Shown: positions 22,451 to 32,334 of the stretch, piece by piece
How positions within the stretch are numbered: the first letter of the stretch is position 1
Layout: each line of letters starts with the position of its first letter
Assembly (NCBI RefSeq): GCF_056746865.1
Contig: NZ_CM163382.1
DNA length: 64,000 nt
Reading direction: 5' to 3' (one strand)
Made by a program: the position numbers and the translations under genes
The notes under the pieces: model-generated
The model's database searches: none
Told to the model about the DNA's origin: nothing
What the model saw: only the letters and a program-made list of their open reading frames with translations

Positions 22451-22476
22451 TTCGAGCAGGCTTTTTACTTTCTAAT
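22451..22476 (+). terminator. Terminator after asnV; could also serve the convergent ldtA
   Basis: AGCCTGC, loop TTTCGA, GCAGGCT, followed by a T-run. Confidence 0.7.
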
Positions 22477-22487
22477 TATCAACGCTC

Positions 22488-23423
22488 TTAAAACATCTGT
22501 CTTGAACCAGAACTAATTTGCACAGGCATTCCCGATCGACGTTGCAACGCAGCATTTGCGCGATTTACATCAACTTCTTGCCCGTTGATAAACGCCCGCA
22601 AAGATGGGGTTACCGGCAATGGCACTTTTCGGTCAGACTCATATTCTGCACGATTGCGCGACAGCGGCTCATGAACTTCCAGCCACTTTGAACCATCCGG
22701 TTCCGTTGTGTATTTCACTGGCTGATCAATAATTTGTACACGAGTGCCTACAGGAACATTATCAAACAGATATTTGATATCGTCATTACGCAGACGAATA
22801 CAGCCCTGACTTACACGGAGCCCAATACCAAAATTGGCATTGGTACCGTGGATGGCATACAACCTGCCAATATAAATCGCGTACAGCCCCATGGGGTTAT
22901 CGGGCCCCGCAGGAACAAATGCGGGCAAACTCTCCCCTCGTTTCGCATATTCGCGCCGGGTGTTCGGCGTTGGCGTCCAGGTTGGTGCTTCTTGTTTACG
23001 TTCAACGGTAGTCACCCAGTTACGCGGGGTTTCTCGCCCAGCCTGGCCGATACCAATAGGAAAGACTTCCACTGTATTACTGTCTGGCGGATAGTAATAA
23101 AGACGCATTTCAGCGACGTTAACCACAATCCCTTTACGAACAGTGGCGGGCAAAATCAGTTGCTGCGGAATGGTGAGTTGTGAGCCAGGCTTCGGCAAAA
23201 AAACATCAGCGCCCGGATTCGCTTCCAGCATATTACTTAACCCTTGCCCGTATTGTGCGGCAAAAGTCTCCAGCGGCTGAGTATTGTGATCAGGAACAGT
23301 TACAGTAAGCGACTGCCCCACTAAACGGCTACCCTCTGGAGGTAATGGATAAGTTACCGCCAGGCTATTTTGGCTGGCAAAAAGCAGAGCAAATGAGCAA
23401 AAAATATTTACACGACGCATCAT
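22488..23423 (-). CDS. ldtA: L,D-transpeptidase (YkuD domain) with signal peptide
   Basis: Starts [22 protein letters not shown] and contains the catalytic motif AIHGT...SQGCIRL. Confidence 0.9.
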   Translation of the reverse strand: MMRRVNIFCSFALLFASQNSLAVTYPLPPEGSRLVGQSLTVTVPDHNTQPLETFAAQYGQGLSNMLEANPGADVFLPKPGSQLTIPQQLILPATVRKGIVVNVAEMRLYYYPPDSNTVEVFPIGIGQAGRETPRNWVTTVERKQEAPTWTPTPNTRREYAKRGESLPAFVPAGPDNPMGLYAIYIGRLYAIHGTNANFGIGLRVSQGCIRLRNDDIKYLFDNVPVGTRVQIIDQPVKYTTEPDGSKWLEVHEPLSRNRAEYESDRKVPLPVTPSLRAFINGQEVDVNRANAALQRRSGMPVQISSGSRQMF

Positions 23424-23484
23424 GTCCCTTTCCTAAGTCGCGAAAGCTATCCGTTAAGTATAGCTTTTATCAGACTTTTCGTTT

Positions 23485-24564
23485 TTAACTGTTCAAATCA
23501 GAAGTCGTATTCCCCGGTAGAACAATATTACTGGCAGCAAGTTCGCCCATGTTGTTATATATCGCACAGGCAGCTTCGATGATGGGCATCGCCAGAGCTG
23601 CGCCACTCCCCTCACCTAAACGCATCTCCATATTGAGATAAGGCTCCAGCCCCAAATGCGACAGCGCAATACGCGCCCCTTTTTCTGCCGACAGGTGAGA
23701 AGGAATGAGATACGGTTTGATTGCAGGAGACATCTGGCAGGCTGCGAGCGCGGCAGCATAAGAAAGAAATCCATCCAGCAACACGGGTAAACCGCAGGAA
23801 GCAGCGCCTAACATCACGCCAGCCATTCCGACCAAATCAAATCCACCCACTTTTGCCAGGACATCAACGCCATCCTGCGGATTTGGTTGATTCAACGTAA
23901 TCGCCCGGCGCACAACATCAATTTTATTAGCCAGTTTATCTGTCGGCAGGTTTGCGCCAATCCCAACCACTTCTTCAGGATCCCGGCCAGTGATTGTGCT
24001 GACTATTGCCGCTGCCGGTGTCGTGTTTGCCATCCCCAGTTCACCTACACCAAACAGCGTGACACCGTTTTTTGCCAGCTCCCGCGTATAACATATGACG
24101 TCCAAAAGCAACTTTTCAGCCTGACGGCGACTCATTGCCGGAGCTGAAGCAATATTGCCGCTACCTCGTGCGACACGCATGTTGATAAGCCCGGGGATAG
24201 GCTCAGCACTATCAATACCAACATCAACTACGTGGACGTTAGCGCCCGCTTGTGCTGCCAGCACACACACGCCGGTTGTTCCGCGGGTCATATTTTCAGC
24301 CTGAATGGCTGTCACTTCTTTTGGGGAAATAGCGACCCCTTCCTCCCAGACGCCGTGATCGGCACACATAACCAGTACCGCTTTTTTGCCCACATGCGGT
24401 ATGCCATTCAACCCCGGCATTCCCGCCAGTTGTATGGCAAGCGCCTCCAGCCTTCCCAGGCTACCAACAGGTTTGAGTAACCCGTCAATATGCCGTTGTG
24501 CACGCGACATAGCGGCAGGATCGATAGCAGGGATCGTATTCAGTAAATCGGCAAGTGTTTGCAT
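23485..24564 (-). CDS. cobT: Nicotinate-nucleotide:dimethylbenzimidazole phosphoribosyltransferase, 359 aa
   Basis: Starts [40 protein letters not shown]. Part of the cobUST operon. Confidence 0.9.
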   Translation of the reverse strand: MQTLADLLNTIPAIDPAAMSRAQRHIDGLLKPVGSLGRLEALAIQLAGMPGLNGIPHVGKKAVLVMCADHGVWEEGVAISPKEVTAIQAENMTRGTTGVCVLAAQAGANVHVVDVGIDSAEPIPGLINMRVARGSGNIASAPAMSRRQAEKLLLDVICYTRELAKNGVTLFGVGELGMANTTPAAAIVSTITGRDPEEVVGIGANLPTDKLANKIDVVRRAITLNQPNPQDGVDVLAKVGGFDLVGMAGVMLGAASCGLPVLLDGFLSYAAALAACQMSPAIKPYLIPSHLSAEKGARIALSHLGLEPYLNMEMRLGEGSGAALAMPIIEAACAIYNNMGELAASNIVLPGNTTSDLNS

Positions 24565-24575
24565 GTCACGTCTCT

Positions 24576-25319
24576 TTATAGCAGTGCCAGCAGGAAGACC
24601 AGTTCACCAAGCTCTATAGCAGCTCCCAGCGTATCGCCGGTTTGCCCGCCCAGCGTACGTTTGAGAAGCTGACCGAGGATGAAAATCGCCACCATCGTCA
24701 CCACCATAGCAGCCACACCATGCATACCCGGCAATAATACGGCAGCAAAAATAGCGGCTAAGCCGAGTGTGACGCAGGTTTGTCGCCCATCAATTTTGCC
24801 AATGAACACATTGCCAAGCCCTTCTTCCCGCGCATAACGATGACGATACATCAATAATGCGGCAGTCCCGCGGCTGACCGCACATGCTGCCGCCAGCGAT
24901 GCAAGGATCGGTTCGCCACGCAGAGCCAACTCGCTTAATACCAGAATCTTTGCCAGTACAACAAAAATCAATGCCAGACCGCCATGGGTGCCTAAACGGC
25001 TATCACGCATGATTTCCAACATGCGATCGCGGCTACGTGCAGAAAATACGCCATCACAGGTATCGGCGAGGCCGTCCAGGTGGAATCCCCCGGTCATCAG
25101 CGCCAGCACAAGTACGCTAAACAGTGCCGCCAGTGGTACGCCACACCATGCCTGCAGCACCATGAAGACCAGCCCGCTAATCGCGCCAAGCAATAATCCA
25201 ATTAAAGGAAAAGTAATAATACCGCGAGAATAATGCTCGAAATCCAGTCCCTGGGACCAGCGACGCGGTACAGGCAGACGCGTAATAAATGAGAGCATCG
25301 CCCAAAATAATTTACTCAT
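24576..25319 (-). CDS. cobS: Cobalamin (adenosylcobinamide-GDP ribazoletransferase) synthase, 247 aa
   Basis: The Met at 25319 gives [18 protein letters not shown]. Membrane protein. Its start overlaps the cobU stop by 4 nt. Confidence 0.9.
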
Positions 25320-25861
25320 TTGATTTTTACTCCAATACCCGAAACCACCAGCCATACTTCATTTGCCGCAGCGGCCAACTGCTGATTTACCCGCCCGGCA
25401 ATATCACGAAAATGTCGTGCCAGACGACTCTCCGGCACAATCCCCATTCCCACTTCGTTAGTCACTAATACAACCTTTGCGGGGCAACGTTGGCAGGCAG
25501 CAATCAACGACTGAATCTCAGCATTAATCGCCTGTTCCATCGCCTGATAATCCCATTCATCAGGGTCTTTATCGCCGCCATAATCAAACAACAGATTAGT
25601 CACCATTGTGGTAACGCATTCCAGCAACACAACCTCATTCGGGTTAATGTCTGCATGAATTAATTCATCAAGATGTTGCCAGCGCTCCACTGTGCGCCAG
25701 TGCTCCGGGCGGCCTTGCCGATGATGTTCTATCCGTGCAGCCATCTCATCATCAAGGATTTGCGAGGTAGCGATATACAGAACCTGTGAAGAGTCCCCAA
25801 TAAGCGCCTCTGCGTGGCGACTCTTCCCGCTCCGTGCGCCCCCCGTCACCAAAATCATCAT
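25316..25861 (-). CDS. cobU: Adenosylcobinamide kinase / adenosylcobinamide-phosphate guanylyltransferase, 181 aa
   Basis: Starts [18 protein letters not shown], which contains a P-loop. Confidence 0.9.
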
Positions 25862-27134
25862 ACCGACTCCTGATTCAAATGTATGATGGTATTCATTGAA
25901 CAGAACAATGGATCCCCCACCGTTGCTGACCGCAAAACATTTACGCGATTAATACTGCGCGTAATATAATTAAAAATCCAGCATTCTCAATCCATTACGA
26001 AATAAGATGGCATTACGGAATAGCCAGACTTTCTCGTGTTAACGTCCGACAAAATGTGTCATTGACAGCGGTTTCTGTGGATTGACACATTTCATTCAGA
26101 TAATGAATTAATGCTACTGCCGGACCAACCAGCAAACGGGCATTGTGTTCTGAAATCCAGGCTATTGATTCAACGTCAGCGACAGTTCTGCGCTGTAAAA
26201 GAACTTGTAAAACAACGCAATAGAATTATCCGGAATGGTGGCGACTATGCACTAGAACACCACAATTTCGCTCTCTCGGTAAGGCACTGTCACAGCATTC
26301 AACAGAATGTGACTTGCCAGATTTATTAGCGCCACCAGATGTTTAACCGGGTAACCACGACCCAGTCGGGGATATATTCCATCTTCTCGCTGACATCATC
26401 AAGAATAAAAAGGTTTATCACACTCAGAGCAACGTTCTTCAGCAGGCGGGATAATTCTTCAACATTTAAAAGATGTGTTATTAAAGGCATACAAACTGGA
26501 CGTATTGTATTTTCTTTTGGTGGTTGACCTAAGGTAGCAGTTTATCCTGATGCGCTGAGATTTCTGTAATATCTACGTCAACATTCTCCTCGAATAGAAA
26601 ATGCAGCCCCGGCAAGTGATTCACATTTTTTAACAAAACGTTGTTAGCGTGCCATTTTCAGAAGCTCTCCAAGAAAGCGAATTCTTTTCTCAAATTCTGC
26701 ATTCTCAGACACAGCTTTCTACTCCATGGCAATGGCCCAAATACGAAGTTGCTCAGGATCATTAGTGGTGCTGAGAAGTTAAATAACCATGCGGAGTACC
26801 ACTCGTCATCACGTATTTATATATCATGAAGCTATTGTTGTGTTTTGTACATCAGTAGATGTATTCTGATATACTCCTTTTGCTAGACATAACCTTTCAC
26901 CTGCTTGCAAAGCTTCTGTGTTCTGACATTGCCAAATTGTTGCAATTCTGTATCCAGCCTTCTTTCAGTCATAGCTTCGGGCCGCGATAAGACTCACTGA
27001 TCTGACCCTGATTCCTCTTGCAGACTTTATAGACCAATTAAAATGCAGTTTCTGCAGGTCAACGTCTGACCATCATTGTCATCACTCTGGCCATTAGAGT
27101 AACCTTCTGCATTCATCCTTTTGTAAAAAGTTTA

Positions 27135-27400
27135 TAGACTGGCCCCCTGAATCTCCAGACAACCAATATCACTTAAATAAGTGATAGTCCTGATACAAGT
27201 TTTTAGAGTAGTCATTAGTGAACAGATAATTGTTAACTTAGAACCAGTAAAATGCAAACGACGCACCACGCTGGGAAAATCGCTGCTATTCAGCAGAGTT
27301 TTGTACCGAGAATTGTGGCCAGCCACTTATTGCTCTCGCGTAAGCAGGTATCCCCATCGTTTACCAGTCCAGCACATCTTGTGGTCAGGCAGAAGAAGAG
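27135..27400 (+). mobile_element. IS2-like left-end fragment
   Basis: Positions 27135-27189 are identical to the IS2 end at 12468-12522 in inverted orientation. Similarity then falls to roughly 80% over a degenerate insC-like frame. No intact ORF and no right end are present. Confidence 0.7.
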
Positions 27401-27803
27401 CAAACTGTTACTGGACTCACTGCATGCATGGTGGAGAAAAATGCCACGCTATCCAAAAATCCAGACTGGGAGAATGGTTCAGCTGTGTACTGAATCAGTG
27501 GGGCGCACTCTGTTATTACAGTGTTGACGGTCAGGCGGAGGCAGACATAATGCCGCGGAAAAAGCCCTTTGTGCCATCTGTCTCGGAAATAAAAACTTTA
27601 TGTTCTTCGGCGGCGAGCGCAGTGCACTGTTGTATGGGCTTATCGGCACTTGCCTTCTGAACGACATTGATCCGGAAGCGTATCTGCGCCATATCCTGAG
27701 CGTACTGCCGGAATAACCTTCCAACCGTATTGATGAACTCCTGCCATGGAACGTAGTTCTCACCAATAAATAAGCATCAATATGATTCTCCATTAACGCT
27801 TAC
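27400..27803 (+). mobile_element. IS66-family transposase C-terminal remnant with terminal inverted repeat
   Basis: The degenerate translation ...LNQWGALCYYSVDGQAEAD..KNFMFFGGERSALLYGLIGTCLLNDIDPEAYLRHILSVLPE*PSNRIDELLPWNVVLTNK parallels the C-terminus of the IS66 transposase at 39286 onward. It ends with ...CGCTTAC (27797-27803), the complement of the GTAAGCG terminus. Confidence 0.7.
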
Positions 27804-27911
27804 CTTTTCTCAGGCTATTTTTGCTTTTTTTTGCTTTTCCCCGCCACTTTATGGTGATTATCACATCAATATACATCGATAGATATTAACGTAACTGAAG
27901 TGAGGTGAAGC

Positions 27912-29126
27912 ATGAAATTTGAACGCCATCATGAAATATTGAAACGACTCAGTAAATTCGGTTCTGTAAAAGTATCCGATCTGTCCAATAGCCTCAATGT
28001 AACGAAAGAAACTATTAGTTCAGATCTTAATGAACTTGCCAGGCTTGGCTATCTGACTCGATGTCATGGCGGTGCTTTTATCGTCCTAGACTCGCTTGAT
28101 ACTATTGCGAAAAATGAAATCGCTTATGCGCTTGAAAATTATGATACAGCCCAGGGAATAAAAAAAGGCCACTCAACTATGAAAAGTCAAGTATGCGTTA
28201 TTGGTTCGTTTAATGTTGATATCATCAGTTATTTGCCGAGGCTTCCCACTATCGGAGAATCGCTTCTGGCAAGTAATTTTATATTTTCACCGGGGGGAAA
28301 AGGCTGTAACCAGGCGCTGGCAGCAAGCTTTGCCGATACTGATGTTTATTTCATAACAAAAGTAGGTACAGATCACTTTAGTGATTATGCGATCAACTTT
28401 ATGAATTCGTCTAAGATTTATAAAAGTATAATTTATCAAACGAAAGAAACGCAAACCGGAACTGCCACGATCCTTGTTAATGAAGGTACTGGCGATAATG
28501 TTATTGCGATCTATCCCGGTGCCAACATGACAATGTCGTCCGATGAAATAACTATTCAGAAAGAAGCGATTATTAATTCTGATGTCATACTTCTGCAGCT
28601 CGAAACAAATTATACCGCTCTGCAACAAGCGATCACATTGGCGCAAAAAAACAGTATCCCGGTCATTATTAACCCGGCACCCTATAATGATATCGTCAAC
28701 GAACTTATTCAGGATGTTGATTATATCACCCCCAATGAAACAGAAGCTGGTTTACTGTCCGGCATAGACGTACACGATCTTGAATCAGCTAAACGAGCTG
28801 CAGAAGCTATCCACAATAAAGGGGTAAAAAACACGGTTATCACGCTCGGTAGCAAGGGCTCGCTCGCATTTGATGGCAAAAAATTCATTCATTCGCCAGC
28901 GTTTCCAGCGGTCGTTAAAAATACGGCAGGAGCCGGGGATGCGTTTAACGGCTCTCTGGCATCAGGACTTGCGAAAGGAAAATCACTGGAATCAGCACTG
29001 TGTTATGCCAGCGCCTTTGCATCCCTAGCGGTGGAGACAAGCAATGCTTCCGACATGCCTGAACATGAATCTGTGATACATCGAATTCAGAGTATACATT
29101 ATCAGCAAACTATTTTTACGCATTAA
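27912..29126 (+). CDS. Fusion protein: DeoR-type HTH domain plus ribokinase/PfkB sugar kinase, 404 aa
   Basis: The N-terminus HEILKRLSKFGSVKVSDLSNSLNVTKETISSDLNEL is a DeoR HTH. The kinase part has GGKGCNQA and the anion-hole motif NTAGAGDAFNG. Confidence 0.75.
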   Translation: MKFERHHEILKRLSKFGSVKVSDLSNSLNVTKETISSDLNELARLGYLTRCHGGAFIVLDSLDTIAKNEIAYALENYDTAQGIKKGHSTMKSQVCVIGSFNVDIISYLPRLPTIGESLLASNFIFSPGGKGCNQALAASFADTDVYFITKVGTDHFSDYAINFMNSSKIYKSIIYQTKETQTGTATILVNEGTGDNVIAIYPGANMTMSSDEITIQKEAIINSDVILLQLETNYTALQQAITLAQKNSIPVIINPAPYNDIVNELIQDVDYITPNETEAGLLSGIDVHDLESAKRAAEAIHNKGVKNTVITLGSKGSLAFDGKKFIHSPAFPAVVKNTAGAGDAFNGSLASGLAKGKSLESALCYASAFASLAVETSNASDMPEHESVIHRIQSIHYQQTIFTH

Positions 29127-29139
29127 GAAGGGACAGAGA

Positions 29140-29898
29140 ATGAATAACACCAAAAAATCACTAAAAGTGCTCTTTATTGGGGAATCCTGGCATATTCATA
29201 TGATTCATTCAAAAGGATATGACAGTTTTACCTCAAGTAAATATGAAGAAGGTGCGACCTGGTTACTCCAGTGTCTGAAAAATAGTCAGGTAGATGTCAC
29301 CTATATGCCAGCACATACGGTACAAATTGCCTTCCCTGAAGATGTGGCACAGTTAGAACAATATGATGCCATCGTTATTAGTGATATTGGTAGTAATACT
29401 TTCCTGCTACAAAATGATACTTTTTATCAGCTTCGCATAAAACCAAACGCTCTCGAACTGATTAAAGAATATGTGAATAACGGTGGTGGGTTATTGATGA
29501 TTGGCGGCTATCTCTCATTCATGGGAATTGAAGCAAAAGCCAATTATAAAAATACAGTTCTGGCTGATGTGCTCCCGGTTACGATGTTAGATGGTGACGA
29601 TCGTGTCGAAAAACCAGAGGGTGTTATTGCACAGCCATCACAACCTGAACATCCAGTTATTAAAGGGTTCTCTGAATATCCTTTTTTCCTAGGTTATAAC
29701 CGGGCGATCGCTAAAGAAAATGCTGAGGTGGTATTAACAATAAACAACGCTCCATTACTGGTCTTTGGTAACTATCACAACGGGAAAATAGCCTGCTTTA
29801 TGAGTGACTGTTCACCGCACTGGGGTACACAGCAGTTTATGTCCTGGCCGTTCTATACCGCGTTGTGGGTAAATATACTGACTCATATTGCAAGATAA
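29140..29898 (+). CDS. Class-I glutamine-amidotransferase-like (DUF1355/ThuA-like) cytoplasmic protein, 252 aa
   Basis: The pattern KVLFIGESW...YDAIVISDIG...GGGLLMIGGYLSF is typical of the GATase1-like fold. The family assignment is from memory and is not verified. Confidence 0.45.
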   Translation: MNNTKKSLKVLFIGESWHIHMIHSKGYDSFTSSKYEEGATWLLQCLKNSQVDVTYMPAHTVQIAFPEDVAQLEQYDAIVISDIGSNTFLLQNDTFYQLRIKPNALELIKEYVNNGGGLLMIGGYLSFMGIEAKANYKNTVLADVLPVTMLDGDDRVEKPEGVIAQPSQPEHPVIKGFSEYPFFLGYNRAIAKENAEVVLTINNAPLLVFGNYHNGKIACFMSDCSPHWGTQQFMSWPFYTALWVNILTHIAR

Positions 29899-29954
29899 TA
29901 ATAATAATGGGGTAACTCCAGTTACTCCATTTACTATAATAGAAGGATTGATGT

Positions 29955-30920
29955 ATGAAAAAGAATAAGTACTCAACTCCCTTATGGATGCTTGCCACGA
30001 TTCTTGCGGGTATGCTCTCCCCTATGCAATCAGCGGTGAATGGTCAATTAGGTCACTGGTTACAGGACGGTAATGCATGCGCAGTTATCTCCTTTGCCAG
30101 TGGTTTAGTCGTGATGTTTTTTATTATTATGGCGCGAAAAGAAACCCGGCAACAATTTGCGGCAATTCCTTCTCTGATTAAAAACCGAAAAGTTCCTCTC
30201 TGGAACTGGTTTGCCGGTCTCTGTGGAGCGATGGTGGTATTTTCTGAAGGCGCATCAGCCAGCGCACTCGGGGTCGCAACGTTTCAGACCGCACTGATCT
30301 CCGCGCTATTGCTGTCTGGTTTACTTTGCGATCGCTTTGGTATCGGTGTCGACGAGAAAAAATACTTTACCCCTTATCGCATCATCGGTGCATTATTTGC
30401 GGTTATTGCTACGATTTTTGTTGTGTCACCGCAGTGGCATTCTACCTCTTTCATTTTACTTGCCATTCTTCCGTTCTTAGCTGGTTTGCTTGCAGGATGG
30501 CAGCCCGCTGGAAATGCAAAAGTAGCTGAAGCTACGGGATCCATGCTGGTTTCAATCACCTGGAATTTCATCGTTGGATTTTGTGTTTTAGGCACAGCGC
30601 TAGCTATTCGTGTCGCATTAGGGCACGTCACTGTTCAATTACCAGATGTCTGGTGGATGTATCTTGGCGGCCCGCTTGGACTAATGTCTATCGGTTTAAT
30701 GGCCATTTTGGTCAGAGGTCTTGGGTTACTGATGCTGGGGGTTGCTTCAACGGCGGGCCAGTTACTGGGATCAGTATTGATTGACGTATTAATTCCATCG
30801 CTGGGCAATACCGTTTATCTGGTCACGATCATCGGAACACTGTTTGCACTGGTCGGTGCAATTGTTACCACTATTCCGGAATACAGAGCCTCGAAAACAA
30901 TGAAGAAAATGGAGGTATAA
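29955..30920 (+). CDS. DMT-superfamily membrane transporter (duplicated YdcZ/DUF606-like), 321 aa
   Basis: About 10 predicted hydrophobic segments, with two internally similar halves. Confidence 0.55.
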   Translation: MKKNKYSTPLWMLATILAGMLSPMQSAVNGQLGHWLQDGNACAVISFASGLVVMFFIIMARKETRQQFAAIPSLIKNRKVPLWNWFAGLCGAMVVFSEGASASALGVATFQTALISALLLSGLLCDRFGIGVDEKKYFTPYRIIGALFAVIATIFVVSPQWHSTSFILLAILPFLAGLLAGWQPAGNAKVAEATGSMLVSITWNFIVGFCVLGTALAIRVALGHVTVQLPDVWWMYLGGPLGLMSIGLMAILVRGLGLLMLGVASTAGQLLGSVLIDVLIPSLGNTVYLVTIIGTLFALVGAIVTTIPEYRASKTMKKMEV

Positions 30921-30922
30921 TC

Positions 30923-31957
30923 ATGAAAGATTATCTACAAACTGTGACGGGCCCCGTCGCCCGTGAAGATATGGGGCTAACACTTCCTCATGAACATCTG
31001 TTCAACGATCTTTCCTCTGTTGTGGATGCTCCTTGCTATCCTTTTTCACAACGGCTTGTTGATAAAAAAGTCACGGCAGAAATCCAGTGGGCATTAAAAC
31101 ACGATCCTTATTGCTGCGCTGATAATATGGACCGCAAACCTATTGAAGATGTGATCTTCGAAATTAATAACTTTATCTCGCTCGGTGGTCGCACCATTGT
31201 TGATGCCACAGGGTCTGAGTCTATCGGACGAGATGCGCAGGCATTACGAGAAGTCGCATTAAAAACAGGTCTGAATATTGTTGCTTCCTCCGGTCCCTAC
31301 CTGGAAAAATTTGAAAGCCAGAGAATTCATAAAACGGTTGATGAACTGGCGACAACGATCGATAAAGAATTGAATCAAGGGATTGGCGATACGGATATTC
31401 GTGCCGGAATGATCGGTGAAATAGGTGTCTCACCGACATTTACCGAAGCCGAGCATAACAGCTTGCGGGCTGCCTCGCTGGCACAGATTAACAATCCTCA
31501 TGTGGCGATGAATATTCACATGCCGGGCTGGCTTCGTCGCGGTGATGAAGTACTCGACATTGTGTTAGGTGAAATGGGCGTCTCGCCAAATAAAGTCTCT
31601 CTCGCACACTCGGATCCGTCAGGAAAAGACGTGGCGTATCAGCGGAAAATGCTTGATAAAGGTGTCTGGCTGGAATTCGACATGATTGGCCTAGACATTA
31701 CCTTCCCGAAAGAGGGAATAGCGCCAGGGGTGCAGGAGACTGCCGATGCCGTCGCTCATCTCATTGAGTTGGGATACGCCGATCAGCTTGTTCTCAGCCA
31801 CGATGTCTTCCTTAAACAAATGTGGGCTAAAAATGGCGGTAATGGCTGGGGATTTGTTCCAGATGTTTTTCTGGCCTATCTGGCGGAGCGCGGCGTCGAT
31901 AAAACGATCCTCAAAAAACTCTGTATCGATAATCCCGGACGATTATTGACCGCATAA
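30923..31957 (+). CDS. Phosphotriesterase-homology (Php-type amidohydrolase) protein, 344 aa
   Basis: Metal-ligand pattern: LPHEHLF (H-x-H), GMIGEIGVS (Glu bridge as in E. coli Php), NIHMPG, LAHSD, LSHDVF. Confidence 0.75.
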   Translation: MKDYLQTVTGPVAREDMGLTLPHEHLFNDLSSVVDAPCYPFSQRLVDKKVTAEIQWALKHDPYCCADNMDRKPIEDVIFEINNFISLGGRTIVDATGSESIGRDAQALREVALKTGLNIVASSGPYLEKFESQRIHKTVDELATTIDKELNQGIGDTDIRAGMIGEIGVSPTFTEAEHNSLRAASLAQINNPHVAMNIHMPGWLRRGDEVLDIVLGEMGVSPNKVSLAHSDPSGKDVAYQRKMLDKGVWLEFDMIGLDITFPKEGIAPGVQETADAVAHLIELGYADQLVLSHDVFLKQMWAKNGGNGWGFVPDVFLAYLAERGVDKTILKKLCIDNPGRLLTA

Positions 31958-31966
31958 AACCATTAT

Positions 31967-31989
31967 CCCCCGGCACATTGCGCCGGGGG
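31967..31989. terminator. GC-rich hairpin between the convergent PTE-like gene and the ggt fragment
   Basis: CCCCCGGC (31967-31974) pairs with GCCGGGGG (31982-31989). Confidence 0.5.
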
Positions 31990-31996
31990 ATGTCAA

Positions 31997-32334
31997 TTAA
32001 TACCCCGCCGTTAAATCATCCACCAAGCGCGAGTCGGATGCGCCGTACAACTCACCATCCGACCCAACCATAATGCTTTGCGTGCTGCCCATCGCCTCAT
32101 TCAGCGCCACTTTCTGACCTTTTGCTTCCAGCAGCTTGAGCGTATCCGGACTAAACCCTTTTCAACACGCAGCTCGTCCGGCAACCACTGATGGTGGAAA
32201 CGAGGCGCATTGGTCGCTTCGGCAACATTCATTCCACAATTGATGCTGTTCACCACCATTTGCGGCACGGTAGTGATGATCCAGCTACCGGTAACAAAGT
32301 GAGTACATAAAGGCCATACTGTCACGAACAGTGC
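31997..32334 (-). pseudogene. ggt: 3' fragment of a gamma-glutamyltranspeptidase gene, frameshifted and truncated by the ISL3 element
   Basis: Minus-strand translations read ...IITTVPQMVVNSINCGMNVAEATNAPRFHHQWLPDELRVEKG and, in another frame, ...GSTQSIMVGSDGELYGASDSRLVDDLTAGY*. Confidence 0.8.
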
